Source: Candidatus Limnocylindrales bacterium (GTDB lineage: Bacteria > Chloroflexota > Limnocylindria > Limnocylindrales > CSP1-4). From it: a DNA stretch of 64,000 bases. The stretch spans positions 12,719 to 76,718 of the forward strand of contig JANWLH010000039.1 in the NCBI GenBank assembly GCA_025450915.1. Direction: 5' to 3'. Under the pieces are notes generated by a model, which did no database searches, was not told the DNA's origin, and saw only the letters and a program-made list of their open reading frames with translations. Of the stretch, positions 21,589-30,978 are shown piece by piece. Position 1 is the first letter of the stretch; each line of letters opens with the position of its first letter. The translations under genes and the position numbers were made by a program.

Positions 21589-24207
21589 TCAGCGGCCCTT
21601 GGTGGTGCCCTGGGCTGCCCGCTGCACCGCGACCGGCGGCTGGTCTGTTGGCGGGAACGGGGACCGGCTGGCCGGCCCGCTGCCACTCGACGTCCCACGC
21701 TCGGGCACCGGCACCGGCCGGGGAGCCAGGGCCCGAGGACGGCGCCGGAGCGCGTTCTCGAGCACCTGGGTCATGTCGTCGACCATCACGAGCTTGATCT
21801 GCTTGCGGATCTCCTCGGGGATATCCCGCAGGTCACGCTCGTTCTTGCGAGGCAGGATGACCACGCCGGCACCGGAGAGGTGCGCGGCGAGGATCTTGCT
21901 CTTCAGGCCGCCGATCGGCAGGACCCGCCCGCGGAGGGTGATCTCGCCGGTCATCGCGACGTCCTTGCGAACGGGGATCCCAGTCAGCGCGCTGACCATG
22001 GCCGTGGCCATCGTCACGCCCGCCGAAGGGCCGTCCTTGGGGATGCCGCCGGCCGGCACGTGGATATGGAGGGTGTTCCGCTCGAAGAGCTCGCGCTCGA
22101 TACCCAGGCTGGCCGCGTTGGCGCGGATCCAGGACAGGGCGGCCCGAGCGGACTCGCGCATCACTTCACCGAGTTGTCCGGTGAGGATGAAGTCCTCCTT
22201 GCCTTCCATCTTGGTGACCTCGACGGCGACGATGTCGCCACCGGCCTCGGTCACGACCAGGCCCGTTGCCGCGCCGGTCTGATCCTCCGACTCGAGCTCG
22301 CCGTACTCCCAGCGCGGCTGGCCGAGGTATTCCTCGAGCTTCTTGACGTCGACGACGGTCTTGCGCTTGCGGCCCTCGGCGACGCTTCGGGCGACCTTGC
22401 GCATGACGTTGGCGATCTCGCGCTCGAGATTCCGGACGCCGGCTTCCTTGGTGTAGGCCTGGACCAGGCGGACCATCGCCTCGGCGGTGATCTCGATCCG
22501 CTTGTCGGTCAGGCCGTGGTTCTCCATCTGCTTGGGGACGAGGAACCGGCGGCCGATCTCGATCTTCTCCTGCTGCGTGTAGCCGGGCAGCTGGATGATC
22601 TCCATCCGGTCGCGCAGGGCGGCCGGGATCGGATCGACCAGGTTGCCGGTCGCGATGAACAGGACCTTGCTGAGATCGAAGGGCACCTCCAGGTAGTTGT
22701 CCTGGAACGTGTTGTTCTGCTCCGGGTCGAGGACCTCGAGGAGGGCCGAGCTCGGATCGCCCCGGAAGTCCATGCCGATCTTGTCGATCTCATCGAGCAT
22801 GAAGACCGGGTTGTTGGTCCCTGCCGTCTTCACGTTCTGGATGACCCGGCCGGGCAGTGCCCCGATGTACGTCCGGCGATGGCCGCGGATCTCGGCTTCG
22901 TCGTGGATTCCGCCGAGGCTCATCCGGACGAACTTGCGACCCATGGCCCGGGCAACGCTCTTGCCGAGCGAGGTCTTGCCGACGCCGGGAGGTCCGACCA
23001 GGGCGAGGATGGGCGAGCGGATCGTGTCGGTCAGGACGCGCACGCTCAGGTATTCGAGGATCCGTTCCTTGATCTTCTCGAGGCCGTAGTGGTCCTCGTC
23101 GAGGATCCGGGCCGCTTCGTGGATGTCGAGCTGATCGGTGGTCGAGACGTTCCAGGGCAGGCCGACCAGCCAGTCGACGTAGGTCCTGATGACGCCGACC
23201 TCGGGCGAGGCGGACGGGATCCGGCTCATCCGGTCGACTTCCTTGATCGCCCGCGCCTTGATCTCGTCGGGCATGCCGGCCGATTCGACCTTCTCGCGAA
23301 GCTCGTTGAGCTCGGCCTGCTGGGGATCGTCCTCGCCCAACTCGCGCTGGATCGCCTTGAGCTGCTCGCGCAGGATGTACTCGCGCTGGGTCTTGTCCAT
23401 CTCGGACTTGACCTCGGACTGGATCCGACCCTTGAGCTCAAGGATCTCGACCTGCCGGGCGAGGAAGTTGCTGACGAGCTTCAGGCGTTCGGTGACGTCG
23501 ATCGTCTCGAGGAGCTCCTGGCGCTGCTCGGTGGTCATGTCGGGGCTGTAGGCGATCATGTCGGCCAGCAGGCCCGGGTCGGTGATGTTGCGGGCGGCGA
23601 CGGCCGCCTCCGGCGGGACCGGAGCGCCGTTCGCCACGTACGCCTCGATCTGCGTCTGGACGGAGCGCATCAACGCCTGGATCTCGACCCCGGCGGGCAC
23701 CTTGTCGGGGAGGTCCTCGACGGTTGCCAGCAAGTACGGACCGCTGGCGTTGAAGCCGGTGACGCGCAGGCGGCTCTGGCCCTGGACGATGGCCCGAACC
23801 GTGCCGTCCTGGAGCTGGACGACCTGGGCGATCTTGGCCAGGGTGCCGATCTCGTAGAGCTGCGACGGGTCGGTGATCTCTTCCATCTCCGGCGACCGCT
23901 GGGTCACCAGGGCGATGGGCCCACCGCTGGCCACGGCCGCATTGAGGGCGGCGACGCTCTTGTCGCGGCCGACCTGGAGCGGCACGATCATCTCCGGGAA
24001 GATCACGGTCTCGCGCAGGGCGACGAGGGGCAGCTCGCGGCTCGACGGCGCGGCCTTGCTCGACCGGGCCTTCCTCGGGACGACCTTGGTCGGCGCATCT
24101 GGATCAGTTGCGCGCTTGGTCCGTCGCTTGGTCTCCGGATTCGACGGTTTGCTAGCCATTGCCTGGTTCTCCTTGTCGACGGCTTGCGGCCGCCGCTCGT
24201 TGGTCAC
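21589..24207 (-). CDS. lon: ATP-dependent Lon protease (endopeptidase La) with basic N-terminal and Pro/Ser-rich C-terminal extensions
   Basis: Lon N-domain, AAA+ Walker [14 protein letters not shown], and protease domain with catalytic DGPSAG and ..KILAAH.. context. Confidence 0.95.
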   Translation of the reverse strand: MTNERRPQAVDKENQAMASKPSNPETKRRTKRATDPDAPTKVVPRKARSSKAAPSSRELPLVALRETVIFPEMIVPLQVGRDKSVAALNAAVASGGPIALVTQRSPEMEEITDPSQLYEIGTLAKIAQVVQLQDGTVRAIVQGQSRLRVTGFNASGPYLLATVEDLPDKVPAGVEIQALMRSVQTQIEAYVANGAPVPPEAAVAARNITDPGLLADMIAYSPDMTTEQRQELLETIDVTERLKLVSNFLARQVEILELKGRIQSEVKSEMDKTQREYILREQLKAIQRELGEDDPQQAELNELREKVESAGMPDEIKARAIKEVDRMSRIPSASPEVGVIRTYVDWLVGLPWNVSTTDQLDIHEAARILDEDHYGLEKIKERILEYLSVRVLTDTIRSPILALVGPPGVGKTSLGKSVARAMGRKFVRMSLGGIHDEAEIRGHRRTYIGALPGRVIQNVKTAGTNNPVFMLDEIDKIGMDFRGDPSSALLEVLDPEQNNTFQDNYLEVPFDLSKVLFIATGNLVDPIPAALRDRMEIIQLPGYTQQEKIEIGRRFLVPKQMENHGLTDKRIEITAEAMVRLVQAYTKEAGVRNLEREIANVMRKVARSVAEGRKRKTVVDVKKLEEYLGQPRWEYGELESEDQTGAATGLVVTEAGGDIVAVEVTKMEGKEDFILTGQLGEVMRESARAALSWIRANAASLGIERELFERNTLHIHVPAGGIPKDGPSAGVTMATAMVSALTGIPVRKDVAMTGEITLRGRVLPIGGLKSKILAAHLSGAGVVILPRKNERDLRDIPEEIRKQIKLVMVDDMTQVLENALRRRPRALAPRPVPVPERGTSSGSGPASRSPFPPTDQPPVAVQRAAQGTTKGR

Positions 24208-24253
24208 GCTGTCGGGTTGTGGTTCGTCCGGGCGGACGAGCCTGCTGCGAACG

Positions 24254-24769
24254 TCAGTGGTGGTCGGCTCCGACGACTTGTCGGGTCCGGTTCGGGGTCT
24301 GCTGGGATGGTTCGTTCGAGGTTGATGCGCGGCTTGCTCTCGGCGCAGCAGCGTTCGTCTCAGGTTCGGTGGCTGGAGGCGGTGTCGCTGCTGTCGCGGG
24401 CGCCTCGGGCCGGGCCGCCTGAGGCCGGGCCGCCTCGGCTTTCGAGGCCTGCCGGGCCTGTTCGTCGTCGATGGCGTTGGCTTCGTCGAACAAGGTCTCG
24501 AGAATCCGCGTGCCGAGCCGCTCTTCGAGCTCGAAGAGGATCCGGATCCCGGCGAGATTGACGCCCCGGTTCTGGGTCAGGTGACGGATCCACAGGATCC
24601 GCCGGACATCCTCTTCGCTGTAGAGGCGAATGTTGGTGGCTGTCCGCGCCGGACACAGGAGACCCTCGTCCTCGTAGATCCGCAACGTGCGCGGATGGAC
24701 GCTGACGATGCTCGCGGCGACGCTGATCACGTAGACCGGCCGGGTCGGATCGCGGTCGAGGCGACGCAC
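24254..24769 (-). CDS. hspR: MerR-family heat-shock repressor HspR
   Basis: VYVISVAASIVSVHPRTLRIYEDEGLLCPARTATNIRLYSEEDVRRILWIRHLTQNRGVNLAGIRILFELE is HspR-like. First gene of the hspR–lon–dnaJ–clpB–nudix operon. Confidence 0.85.
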   Translation of the reverse strand: MRRLDRDPTRPVYVISVAASIVSVHPRTLRIYEDEGLLCPARTATNIRLYSEEDVRRILWIRHLTQNRGVNLAGIRILFELEERLGTRILETLFDEANAIDDEQARQASKAEAARPQAARPEAPATAATPPPATEPETNAAAPRASRASTSNEPSQQTPNRTRQVVGADHH

Positions 24770-24821
24770 CTCAGCGGGCCTCGCCGGGCGGATTCGCGGC
24801 TCTGTTGATGGACATGGGGAG

Positions 24822-24886
24822 AGTCTAGAACCCTATCAATACCATTGTCAAGAGTTTGGACGTGGTTCTTCCATCAAGAGTGGAAG
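24822..24886 (-). promoter_or_regulatory. Candidate sigma-70-type promoter (-35 TTGACA, 18-nt spacer, -10 TAGACT) and overlapping palindrome/direct-repeat operator upstream of hspR
   Basis: On the minus strand: TTGACA (rc of 24846–24851) and TAGACT (rc of 24822–24827). Palindrome CTTCCA-TCAAGAG-TGGAAG at 24868–24886. Two direct copies of ACTCTTGA (minus strand) about 28 bp apart. Confidence 0.4.
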
Positions 24887-25136
24887 GGGTTCGAGAAGGC
24901 TCGGGTGGCCCCGGCGCTCATCGAGCGGTCCGTAGCCCCGATCCAGCGCCGATGCCGGGCGGGCCGAGCGGGGCCGTGGTGGGGCGGAGCGGGGTGCCCC
25001 GAATATCACGACGATCCTTGATCGGCGTGTTCCAGGTCCTGCGACTGCCCGAATCTGGCCTTGTCGAGGCGCTTGAGCCGCGCTTTGTCTGGTGGCGATG
25101 CAGGGGCCGCGGCGCAGGACCGCCCGCCGAGCCGCC

Positions 25137-25835
25137 CTACGTGCGAGGAGTGGTCGCGACCTCGATCGCGTCGGTGGCGTCGCCGATCAGCTGCTCGTGG
25201 AGGGCGTTCTGGCACTCGGTCTTGCCGATCGCGATGACCTTGTCGCCCTCGGCGAGGACCGTGTCCGCCCGGACCGAGATCGCCACGTCGTCGCGGATGA
25301 CGGCGAAGATCGCGCAGCCCTCGGGCAGCGGGATGTCGCGGGCGTTCCGGCCGACCGCCGGTGACGAGGGCTGGAGGAGCGCCTCGATCAGCTCGAGCTC
25401 GCCGCTGCCCAGGGCCGCGAGGTGGAGCAGCTCGTGGACCGGGATGTCCTGCTCGATCGAGCCCAGGATCATCCGGGTCGGGCTGATCAGCTCGTCGACG
25501 CCGAGGTGCCGGAAGAGCTCCTCGTTCTTCGGGTTGTTGACCCGGGCGATCGTCCGGGGGACATCGAAGTGGTGCTTGGCCATCTGGCAGATCACGAGGT
25601 TGTCCTCGTCATCGCCGGTCACGGCCGCCACGACGTCAGCCCGGTTGCAACCGGCCTCGGCCAGGTACTTGCCCTCGCAGCCGTCGTGGGCGACGACGAT
25701 CGAGCCGATCTCGTCGGCGATCTGGCTCGCCCGGGCGCGATCCTTCTCCATCACCACGACCTCGTGGCCCGAGCCGAGGAGCTCCTTGGCGAGGTAGTAG
25801 CCGACCTTGCCGCCGCCGATGACCAGGACGAACAC
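25137..25835 (-). CDS. trkA: TrkA-family K+ transport regulatory protein (TrkA-N + TrkA-C), CeoC/CeoB-like
   Basis: MFVLVIGGGKVGYYLAKEL Rossmann motif. TrkA-C domain ..AIFAVIRDDVAISVRADTVLAEGDKVIAIG... Confidence 0.85.
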   Translation of the reverse strand: MFVLVIGGGKVGYYLAKELLGSGHEVVVMEKDRARASQIADEIGSIVVAHDGCEGKYLAEAGCNRADVVAAVTGDDEDNLVICQMAKHHFDVPRTIARVNNPKNEELFRHLGVDELISPTRMILGSIEQDIPVHELLHLAALGSGELELIEALLQPSSPAVGRNARDIPLPEGCAIFAVIRDDVAISVRADTVLAEGDKVIAIGKTECQNALHEQLIGDATDAIEVATTPRT

Positions 25836-25838
25836 GGC

Positions 25839-26477
25839 TCAGCCCTCCACCTTGACGGGACCGCTCGACGCTTCGGAACCGGGCTCGGTTGCCGGAGCCG
25901 GGCCATCCGACGGCGGCGTCGAGGCATCGAGCGTCCGGATCGGGATCCCGGCCTCGGCCAGCCCGGCGATCAGGTCGGCGGCGACGTCCCCGCCGCCGGC
26001 CGCGTGGCCGGCCGGGCCGTCCTCGGGCTCGTGGCGGTGGTGGCCGGTGCTCGAGCGGACGCCCGGCACGACCGAGACCGGCAGCTTGAGGTACGACAGG
26101 ATCGCGTTCGCCATGAGGTCGGTCCGGCAGATCGTGGCGATCCCCAGCTCGGCGTAGGCCAGCGCCCGGAGCGGGTCGTTGATCTTGGCGATCACCTGGC
26201 CGACCCGGAACGCCTCGGAGGCGAGCTGGGCGGCCATGATGTTGCGGTTGTCGCCCTCGGTCATCGCCAGGAACAGGTCCGCATCCTCGGTGCCGGCGCG
26301 CCGGAGGGTGTCCTCGTCGGTGCCGTCCCCGCGCAGGGCATTGCCCTTGAACGTGCTCGGCAGGCGATCGAAGGCACCGGTCGCGATGTCGAGGACCGTC
26401 ACGTTATGGCCGCCGTCGTCGAGCATCACGGCGAGCATCGCGCCCACCCTGCCGCAACCGACGATCACTGTTCGCAT
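25839..26477 (-). CDS. Second TrkA-N domain protein with His-rich disordered C-terminal tail (CeoB/CeoC-like paralog)
   Basis: MRTVIVGCGRVGAMLAVML NAD-binding motif. Tail ..STGHHRHEPEDGPAGHAAGGG... Start may be 26537 instead. Confidence 0.75.
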   Translation of the reverse strand: MRTVIVGCGRVGAMLAVMLDDGGHNVTVLDIATGAFDRLPSTFKGNALRGDGTDEDTLRRAGTEDADLFLAMTEGDNRNIMAAQLASEAFRVGQVIAKINDPLRALAYAELGIATICRTDLMANAILSYLKLPVSVVPGVRSSTGHHRHEPEDGPAGHAAGGGDVAADLIAGLAEAGIPIRTLDASTPPSDGPAPATEPGSEASSGPVKVEG

Positions 26478-26485
26478 GCTCTTGC

Positions 26486-26956
26486 CTAACCTCGAGCTGT
26501 CTCGCCAATCGGTTCCCGGACGACCCAGACCGCGCACGGCGCGTTCGAGAATACGTACGGTATCGTGCGCCCGATCGCGAAGTCGCCACCAAAGCGCTTG
26601 CGATACGGGAGCCCCAGGATCAGCAGGTCGGCCGCCCGCTCGCTCGCCTCATCGACGAGCGCGGCACCGACGTCGCGTGCCTGGAGCAGGACCGTCTCCA
26701 CGTCCTGGTGTTCCGATTCGGCGATTCCTTCGACTGCATCCAGCACCCGCTGGGCATCTTCGGAGCGGCTGGCGACGTCTGCCTCGAGAGGCAGGCTCCA
26801 GTCGATCTCGACGACGTGCACGGCGACCAGCTGGGCCTTGCTCAGCTTCGCGGCCTGGCAGGCGAGGCGAACGATACGGGCGTCGCTCGCGCCTCCATTG
26901 ACCGCTAGGACCGCTCGTCGAAACGGCGGTTGATGGACGTCGGGCACGGCGGTCAC
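26486..26956 (-). CDS. Universal stress protein (UspA family)
   Basis: 156 aa Usp fold. ..LVAVHVVEID.. and C-terminal ..GSVSRAVAHHAHCPVLVV-type region (FGGDFAIGRTIPYVFSNAPCAVWVV). Confidence 0.75.
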   Translation of the reverse strand: MTAVPDVHQPPFRRAVLAVNGGASDARIVRLACQAAKLSKAQLVAVHVVEIDWSLPLEADVASRSEDAQRVLDAVEGIAESEHQDVETVLLQARDVGAALVDEASERAADLLILGLPYRKRFGGDFAIGRTIPYVFSNAPCAVWVVREPIGETARG

Positions 26957-26999
26957 GATACCACCGCCGCACGCTCGCGAACCGTCTCCGGTGTTCGAT

Positions 27000-29060
27000 T
27001 CAGGATTGGCTGGTGGATTCAGGCACCGGTGGCGGGTCGAACCGGTTCTCTTCCTCGCGTCGGTACGGCGCGCTCACGACCACGGTATGGGGCCGCCCGA
27101 CGAGGACCGCCCGGAGCCGCTTCGAGGACTGGTTGTAGAGGATCCGCTCCCACCAGTGGCGGGCGACGTACTCGGGCACGACGACGAACGTGATCGGCTC
27201 GGGCTTGTCCGGCGGCCACGCCCGGTCGAGGACATCGAGGTAGGCGAGGAGCGGCCCGACCAGGGCCCGATAGGGCGACTCGACGACGACGAGCGGCACG
27301 CCCGGAACCTGCCGCTCCCACTGCTTGCGGACCTCGAGCGCGGCGTCGGGATCCTCCGAGATGTAGACCGCCCGGACGTCATCGCTGATCGACCGGCCCA
27401 CGTTCACCGCCTGGACCACTGCCCGGGTCAGCCCCGGGATCGGGATGACCACCCGCTCCTCGCGGTGGGGTGGCTTGGCGACGTAGTCGGGGCGGATCGC
27501 CAGCTGTCGCTGGCTCGCGCCGTACTGGTGCTGGATGAACAGCATCATCGCCACGAGCAGGGGAATCAGGATGATCACCAGGTAGGCGCCGTTCTGGAAC
27601 TTCACCGAGGTGACGATGATCAGGACGACGAAGGTCAGGACACCGCCGAAGGCGTTGACGATCGCCCGCCACCACCAGCCCGGCTCGCGGGTCGTGAACC
27701 AGTGCTTGACCATCCCCGACTGGGAGAGGGTGAAGCACACGAACACGCCCACCGAGTACAGCGGAATCAGGGCGTGGGTATCGCCGTTGAACAGGACCAG
27801 CAGGCCGAAGGCGATCCCCGCCAGCAGCACGATCCCCCAGGAGTAGGCCAGGCGGTCACCGCGGAAGCTGAACTGGCGGGGCATGTAGCCGTCCTCGGCG
27901 AGGATCGCCGCGAGGCGCGGGAAGGCGTTGAAGCTGGTGTTGGCGGCCAGGAACAGGATCAGGGCCGTGGCGATCTGGAACAGGTAGAAGAGCGGGCTCG
28001 CGCCGAAGACGGTCCCCGCGACGAGCGCCACGACGGTCGGCCCGCCGCTGTTGTCGACCGACGGGACGATCGCGAACGCGTGGGCGACGATCGTGATCCC
28101 GATGAAGATGATCCCGAGCAGGAACGCCATCGTGATCATCGTGTTGGCCGCGTTCTTCGCCTCGGGCTTCTTGAAGGCCGGCACGCCGTTGGCGATCGCC
28201 TCGACCCCGGTCAGGGCGACCGACCCGCCGGCGAATGCCTTCAGGAGCAGGAAGATGCTCAGCTGCTCCGTGGCCCCGAGGGGCACCGCATCGGGCTGCG
28301 AGGGCAGGGCGTGGGCTGTGCCGCTGACGATCCGGAAGACGCCACCGATGACGATCAGCAGCGCCAGGCCCACGAACAGGTAGGTCGGGACGGCAAAGAT
28401 GTTGCCCGACTCGCGCAGCCCCCGGAGATTGCCAATCGTGATCAGCGAGATCGACACGAACGCGATCTCGATCCGGTAGTCGAACGCCGCCGGCAGGATC
28501 GACTGGATCTGCTGGATCGCTGAAGCCGTCGACACGGCGACGGTCATGACGTAGTCGATGAGCAGCGCCGCCGCGGCAATCAGGCCGAAGATCGGGGCAA
28601 GGTTCTGGCGGGCGACGATGTACGCGCCGCCACCGTTCGGATACGCCCGGCAGACCTGCCGGTACGAGAACGAGACGATCGTGAGCAGGAGGGCGATGGC
28701 GATCGAGACGCCGATCGAGTAGGCCAGTGCGCCGGCCGCCCCGGCGACGATCAGGACCCGCAGGATCTCCTCGGTCGCGTACGCCGACGAGCTGATCGCG
28801 TCCGAACTGAAGATCGCCAGGGCCTTCTTCTTGGCCAGGCGCTCGCCGATCTCCTCCTCGCTCGCGAGGGGTCGTCCGAAGATCAGGCTCCGTGCCCGGA
28901 AGACCAGCCGGCCGGCCGGGGTCAGGGGCAGGCTGGCCGCCTGCTTGGCCACCATCTGGCCGGGCCCGGTGTAGCGGAAGTACGGCGAATGCGGCCGTTC
29001 GACGCGGACGCGACGATCGGCCAGCTTGCGCCCGGGCAGCGGGCGACGGCCGCCGATCAT
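27000..29060 (-). CDS. APC-superfamily permease with ~200-aa C-terminal cytoplasmic domain (Rv2690c-like), likely K+/cation uptake partner of the adjacent TrkA pair
   Basis: 12 predicted TM helices, APC-like. Same strand and tightly linked with usp–trkA–trkA. True start may be internal (MVAKQAASL). Confidence 0.75.
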   Translation of the reverse strand: MIGGRRPLPGRKLADRRVRVERPHSPYFRYTGPGQMVAKQAASLPLTPAGRLVFRARSLIFGRPLASEEEIGERLAKKKALAIFSSDAISSSAYATEEILRVLIVAGAAGALAYSIGVSIAIALLLTIVSFSYRQVCRAYPNGGGAYIVARQNLAPIFGLIAAAALLIDYVMTVAVSTASAIQQIQSILPAAFDYRIEIAFVSISLITIGNLRGLRESGNIFAVPTYLFVGLALLIVIGGVFRIVSGTAHALPSQPDAVPLGATEQLSIFLLLKAFAGGSVALTGVEAIANGVPAFKKPEAKNAANTMITMAFLLGIIFIGITIVAHAFAIVPSVDNSGGPTVVALVAGTVFGASPLFYLFQIATALILFLAANTSFNAFPRLAAILAEDGYMPRQFSFRGDRLAYSWGIVLLAGIAFGLLVLFNGDTHALIPLYSVGVFVCFTLSQSGMVKHWFTTREPGWWWRAIVNAFGGVLTFVVLIIVTSVKFQNGAYLVIILIPLLVAMMLFIQHQYGASQRQLAIRPDYVAKPPHREERVVIPIPGLTRAVVQAVNVGRSISDDVRAVYISEDPDAALEVRKQWERQVPGVPLVVVESPYRALVGPLLAYLDVLDRAWPPDKPEPITFVVVPEYVARHWWERILYNQSSKRLRAVLVGRPHTVVVSAPYRREEENRFDPPPVPESTSQS

Positions 29061-29143
29061 TCGGGCGCTATGCCGATATCCACCGGGCCTCCGTCTCTCC
29101 CCACTCCTGCGACCGCCAAGGCTATCACTCGGATTTGCACGCC

Positions 29144-29878
29144 TCAGATCCCCAACGCAAGGCGGCTGATCCCGCGGACCGGCAGGCCCACCGCCTGCAT
29201 CGCCGCCTGGGTGCCGGCGATGTCGTACTCGGCGCGGATCCAGGCGACGCTGTGCCGGCCGACATCGAGCACGAGCGCACTGGCCCGCGGGTCGCCGTCA
29301 CGGGGCTGGCCGACGCTGCCCGGGTTGACGAGCGCCCGCCGGCCGTCGAGGTTGAGCCAGCCGCCCGCCTCCGGGGCGAGGGTGTCGATCTCGTCGGCCG
29401 ATGCGTTCGCCGCGAGGACGTAGGCGAGCGGCAGGTGGGTGTGGCCGAAGAGCCCGCGGGCGGTCGGCAGGACCGCGAGATTGGCCGCGGCGGCCTCCTC
29501 GGTGAGGATGTACTCCCAGGTCGGGTCACGGGGGCTGGCGTGGACGAGGCTCCAGTCGTCGATCGCCAGGCGTGGCGGCAGGGCCGAGAGCCAGGCCAGG
29601 GTCTTCGGCGTGATCGTCCGGCGGGTCCACTCCATCGCGGCGCGGGCATCGGTGTTGAAGTCGCGGATGGCGTCGTCACCGGTTGCCGCCAGGTCGTGAT
29701 TGCCCCGGACGCCGCGCGCCTTGAGCTCGCGCAGCCGGTCAACGACGGCGTCGGGATCGGGGCCATAGCCGACGACGTCGCCGAGATGCCAGACGGCATC
29801 GACCTTGCCCGCCTTCGCGAGGATGGCGTCGAGGGCCCGGATGTTCGCGTGGATGTCGGACAGGACGGCGACACGCAT
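29144..29878 (-). CDS. Calcineurin-like metallophosphoesterase
   Basis: MRVAVLSDIHAN, GDVVGYGP, GNHD and GHTH motifs. Confidence 0.8.
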   Translation of the reverse strand: MRVAVLSDIHANIRALDAILAKAGKVDAVWHLGDVVGYGPDPDAVVDRLRELKARGVRGNHDLAATGDDAIRDFNTDARAAMEWTRRTITPKTLAWLSALPPRLAIDDWSLVHASPRDPTWEYILTEEAAAANLAVLPTARGLFGHTHLPLAYVLAANASADEIDTLAPEAGGWLNLDGRRALVNPGSVGQPRDGDPRASALVLDVGRHSVAWIRAEYDIAGTQAAMQAVGLPVRGISRLALGI

Positions 29879-30711
29879 CAGGGCGAGGGTAGTCGCTCGG
29901 CGACGGCGAGGGGCAACCGCCGGCGCTGGGCGGGGTCACGCGGATAGCCGGGCGGCGAGGCCGCGACCTTGTCGATCAGCACGAGCACGTGGTCCTCGAG
30001 GCCACCGACGGTGACGGCGACGAGCTCGGGCCGGGCGCCGCCGAGAAGCTCGATCGCCGGCCACGCCGCGTCGAGCTCGGCGTCGAGCGGATGGCGCTTC
30101 CAGGCGACGAGCAGGCCGCCCCGGGCGACGAGCGGCAGGGCGATCTCAACGAGCTCCGCGAGGGGTGCGATCGCCCGGGCGACGACCGCCGGCCAGCGCT
30201 CGCGAGGACCCGGGTCTGCGGCGAGCGCCTCGGCGCGACCGTTGAAGACCTCGATCTCGCCGGGGATCTCGGCGGGGATTTCGACCTGGGCGTTCGCCGT
30301 TGCGAGCGCGGCCGCAGCCGACAGGAAGGCCGCCTTCTTGCCGACGCTTTCGACGAGCAGCGTCCGGCGGGCGGGCACCGCCAGCGCGAGCGGCAGCCCC
30401 GGATAGCCGCCGCCGCTGCCGAGGTCGAGGAGCGCGTCGATACGGCGCGCCCGCAATAGACCGACCGCGGTGAGGCTGTCGAGGATGTGCTCGCGGACGG
30501 CGGCCGTCGGCTCGCGGATCGCGCTCAGGTTGATCGCCTGGTTCCAGGCGTCGAGGAGCCGGAGGTGGTCGATCATGGCGCGCCGCGCCGGGGCCGGCAG
30601 CCCATCCAGACCGAGCTGGGCGAGGCCGGTGTCGAGCAGGCGGAGCGCCTCGCCGGGGAGCTCGGGAAGGCCCTCGACGCGCGACGGGAGCGGTTCGCGG
30701 TCCTGGTTCAC
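29878..30711 (-). CDS. rsmG: 16S rRNA (guanine527-N7)-methyltransferase RsmG (GidB)
   Basis: ..REHILDSL..LLDLGSGGGYPGLPLA.. RsmG SAM motif. GTG start at 30709–30711 follows a GGAGGA Shine-Dalgarno. Confidence 0.8.
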   Translation of the reverse strand: MNQDREPLPSRVEGLPELPGEALRLLDTGLAQLGLDGLPAPARRAMIDHLRLLDAWNQAINLSAIREPTAAVREHILDSLTAVGLLRARRIDALLDLGSGGGYPGLPLALAVPARRTLLVESVGKKAAFLSAAAALATANAQVEIPAEIPGEIEVFNGRAEALAADPGPRERWPAVVARAIAPLAELVEIALPLVARGGLLVAWKRHPLDAELDAAWPAIELLGGARPELVAVTVGGLEDHVLVLIDKVAASPPGYPRDPAQRRRLPLAVAERLPSP

Positions 30712-30716
30712 GCATC

Positions 30717-30730
30717 CTCCGGATCCGGAG
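30717..30730. promoter_or_regulatory. Perfect 14-bp palindrome CTCCGGATCCGGAG overlapping the rsmG Shine-Dalgarno
   Basis: Direct reading. Could sequester the SD as an RNA hairpin or act as a protein-binding site. Confidence 0.3.
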
Positions 30731-30978
30731 AGGGCGAACCGTCCGCTAGCGCTCCCGACGTCGACGTATGTACGCACCGAGAGGTCGATCGGTCTTCCGC
30801 GCCGCGCCTGGTTCCGGTCCGGGTCTCCCCGGGCCCCTCACGCGTCACGTTACCCTCCGGCCCCGTTTGGGTGCGGTTGCTGGACGCTAGGTGACCGTGT
30901 CCGGCGCGTCAACGGGGTTATCCACGAAGTGAACAGCCGATTACCGAAGATGGTGGACAACCCCGGACTCGGGCGGCG

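Noticed and set aside
21568-24561. 997-aa plus-strand ORF antisense to lon and hspR
   Set aside because: Same reasoning. Lon and HspR have clear conserved motifs on the minus strand.
24790-24900. Searched for a canonical HspR HAIR site (CTTGAGT-N7-ACTCAAG) upstream of hspR
   Set aside because: No exact or near-exact HAIR was found. Only the TCAAGAG-containing palindrome and direct repeats reported above are present.
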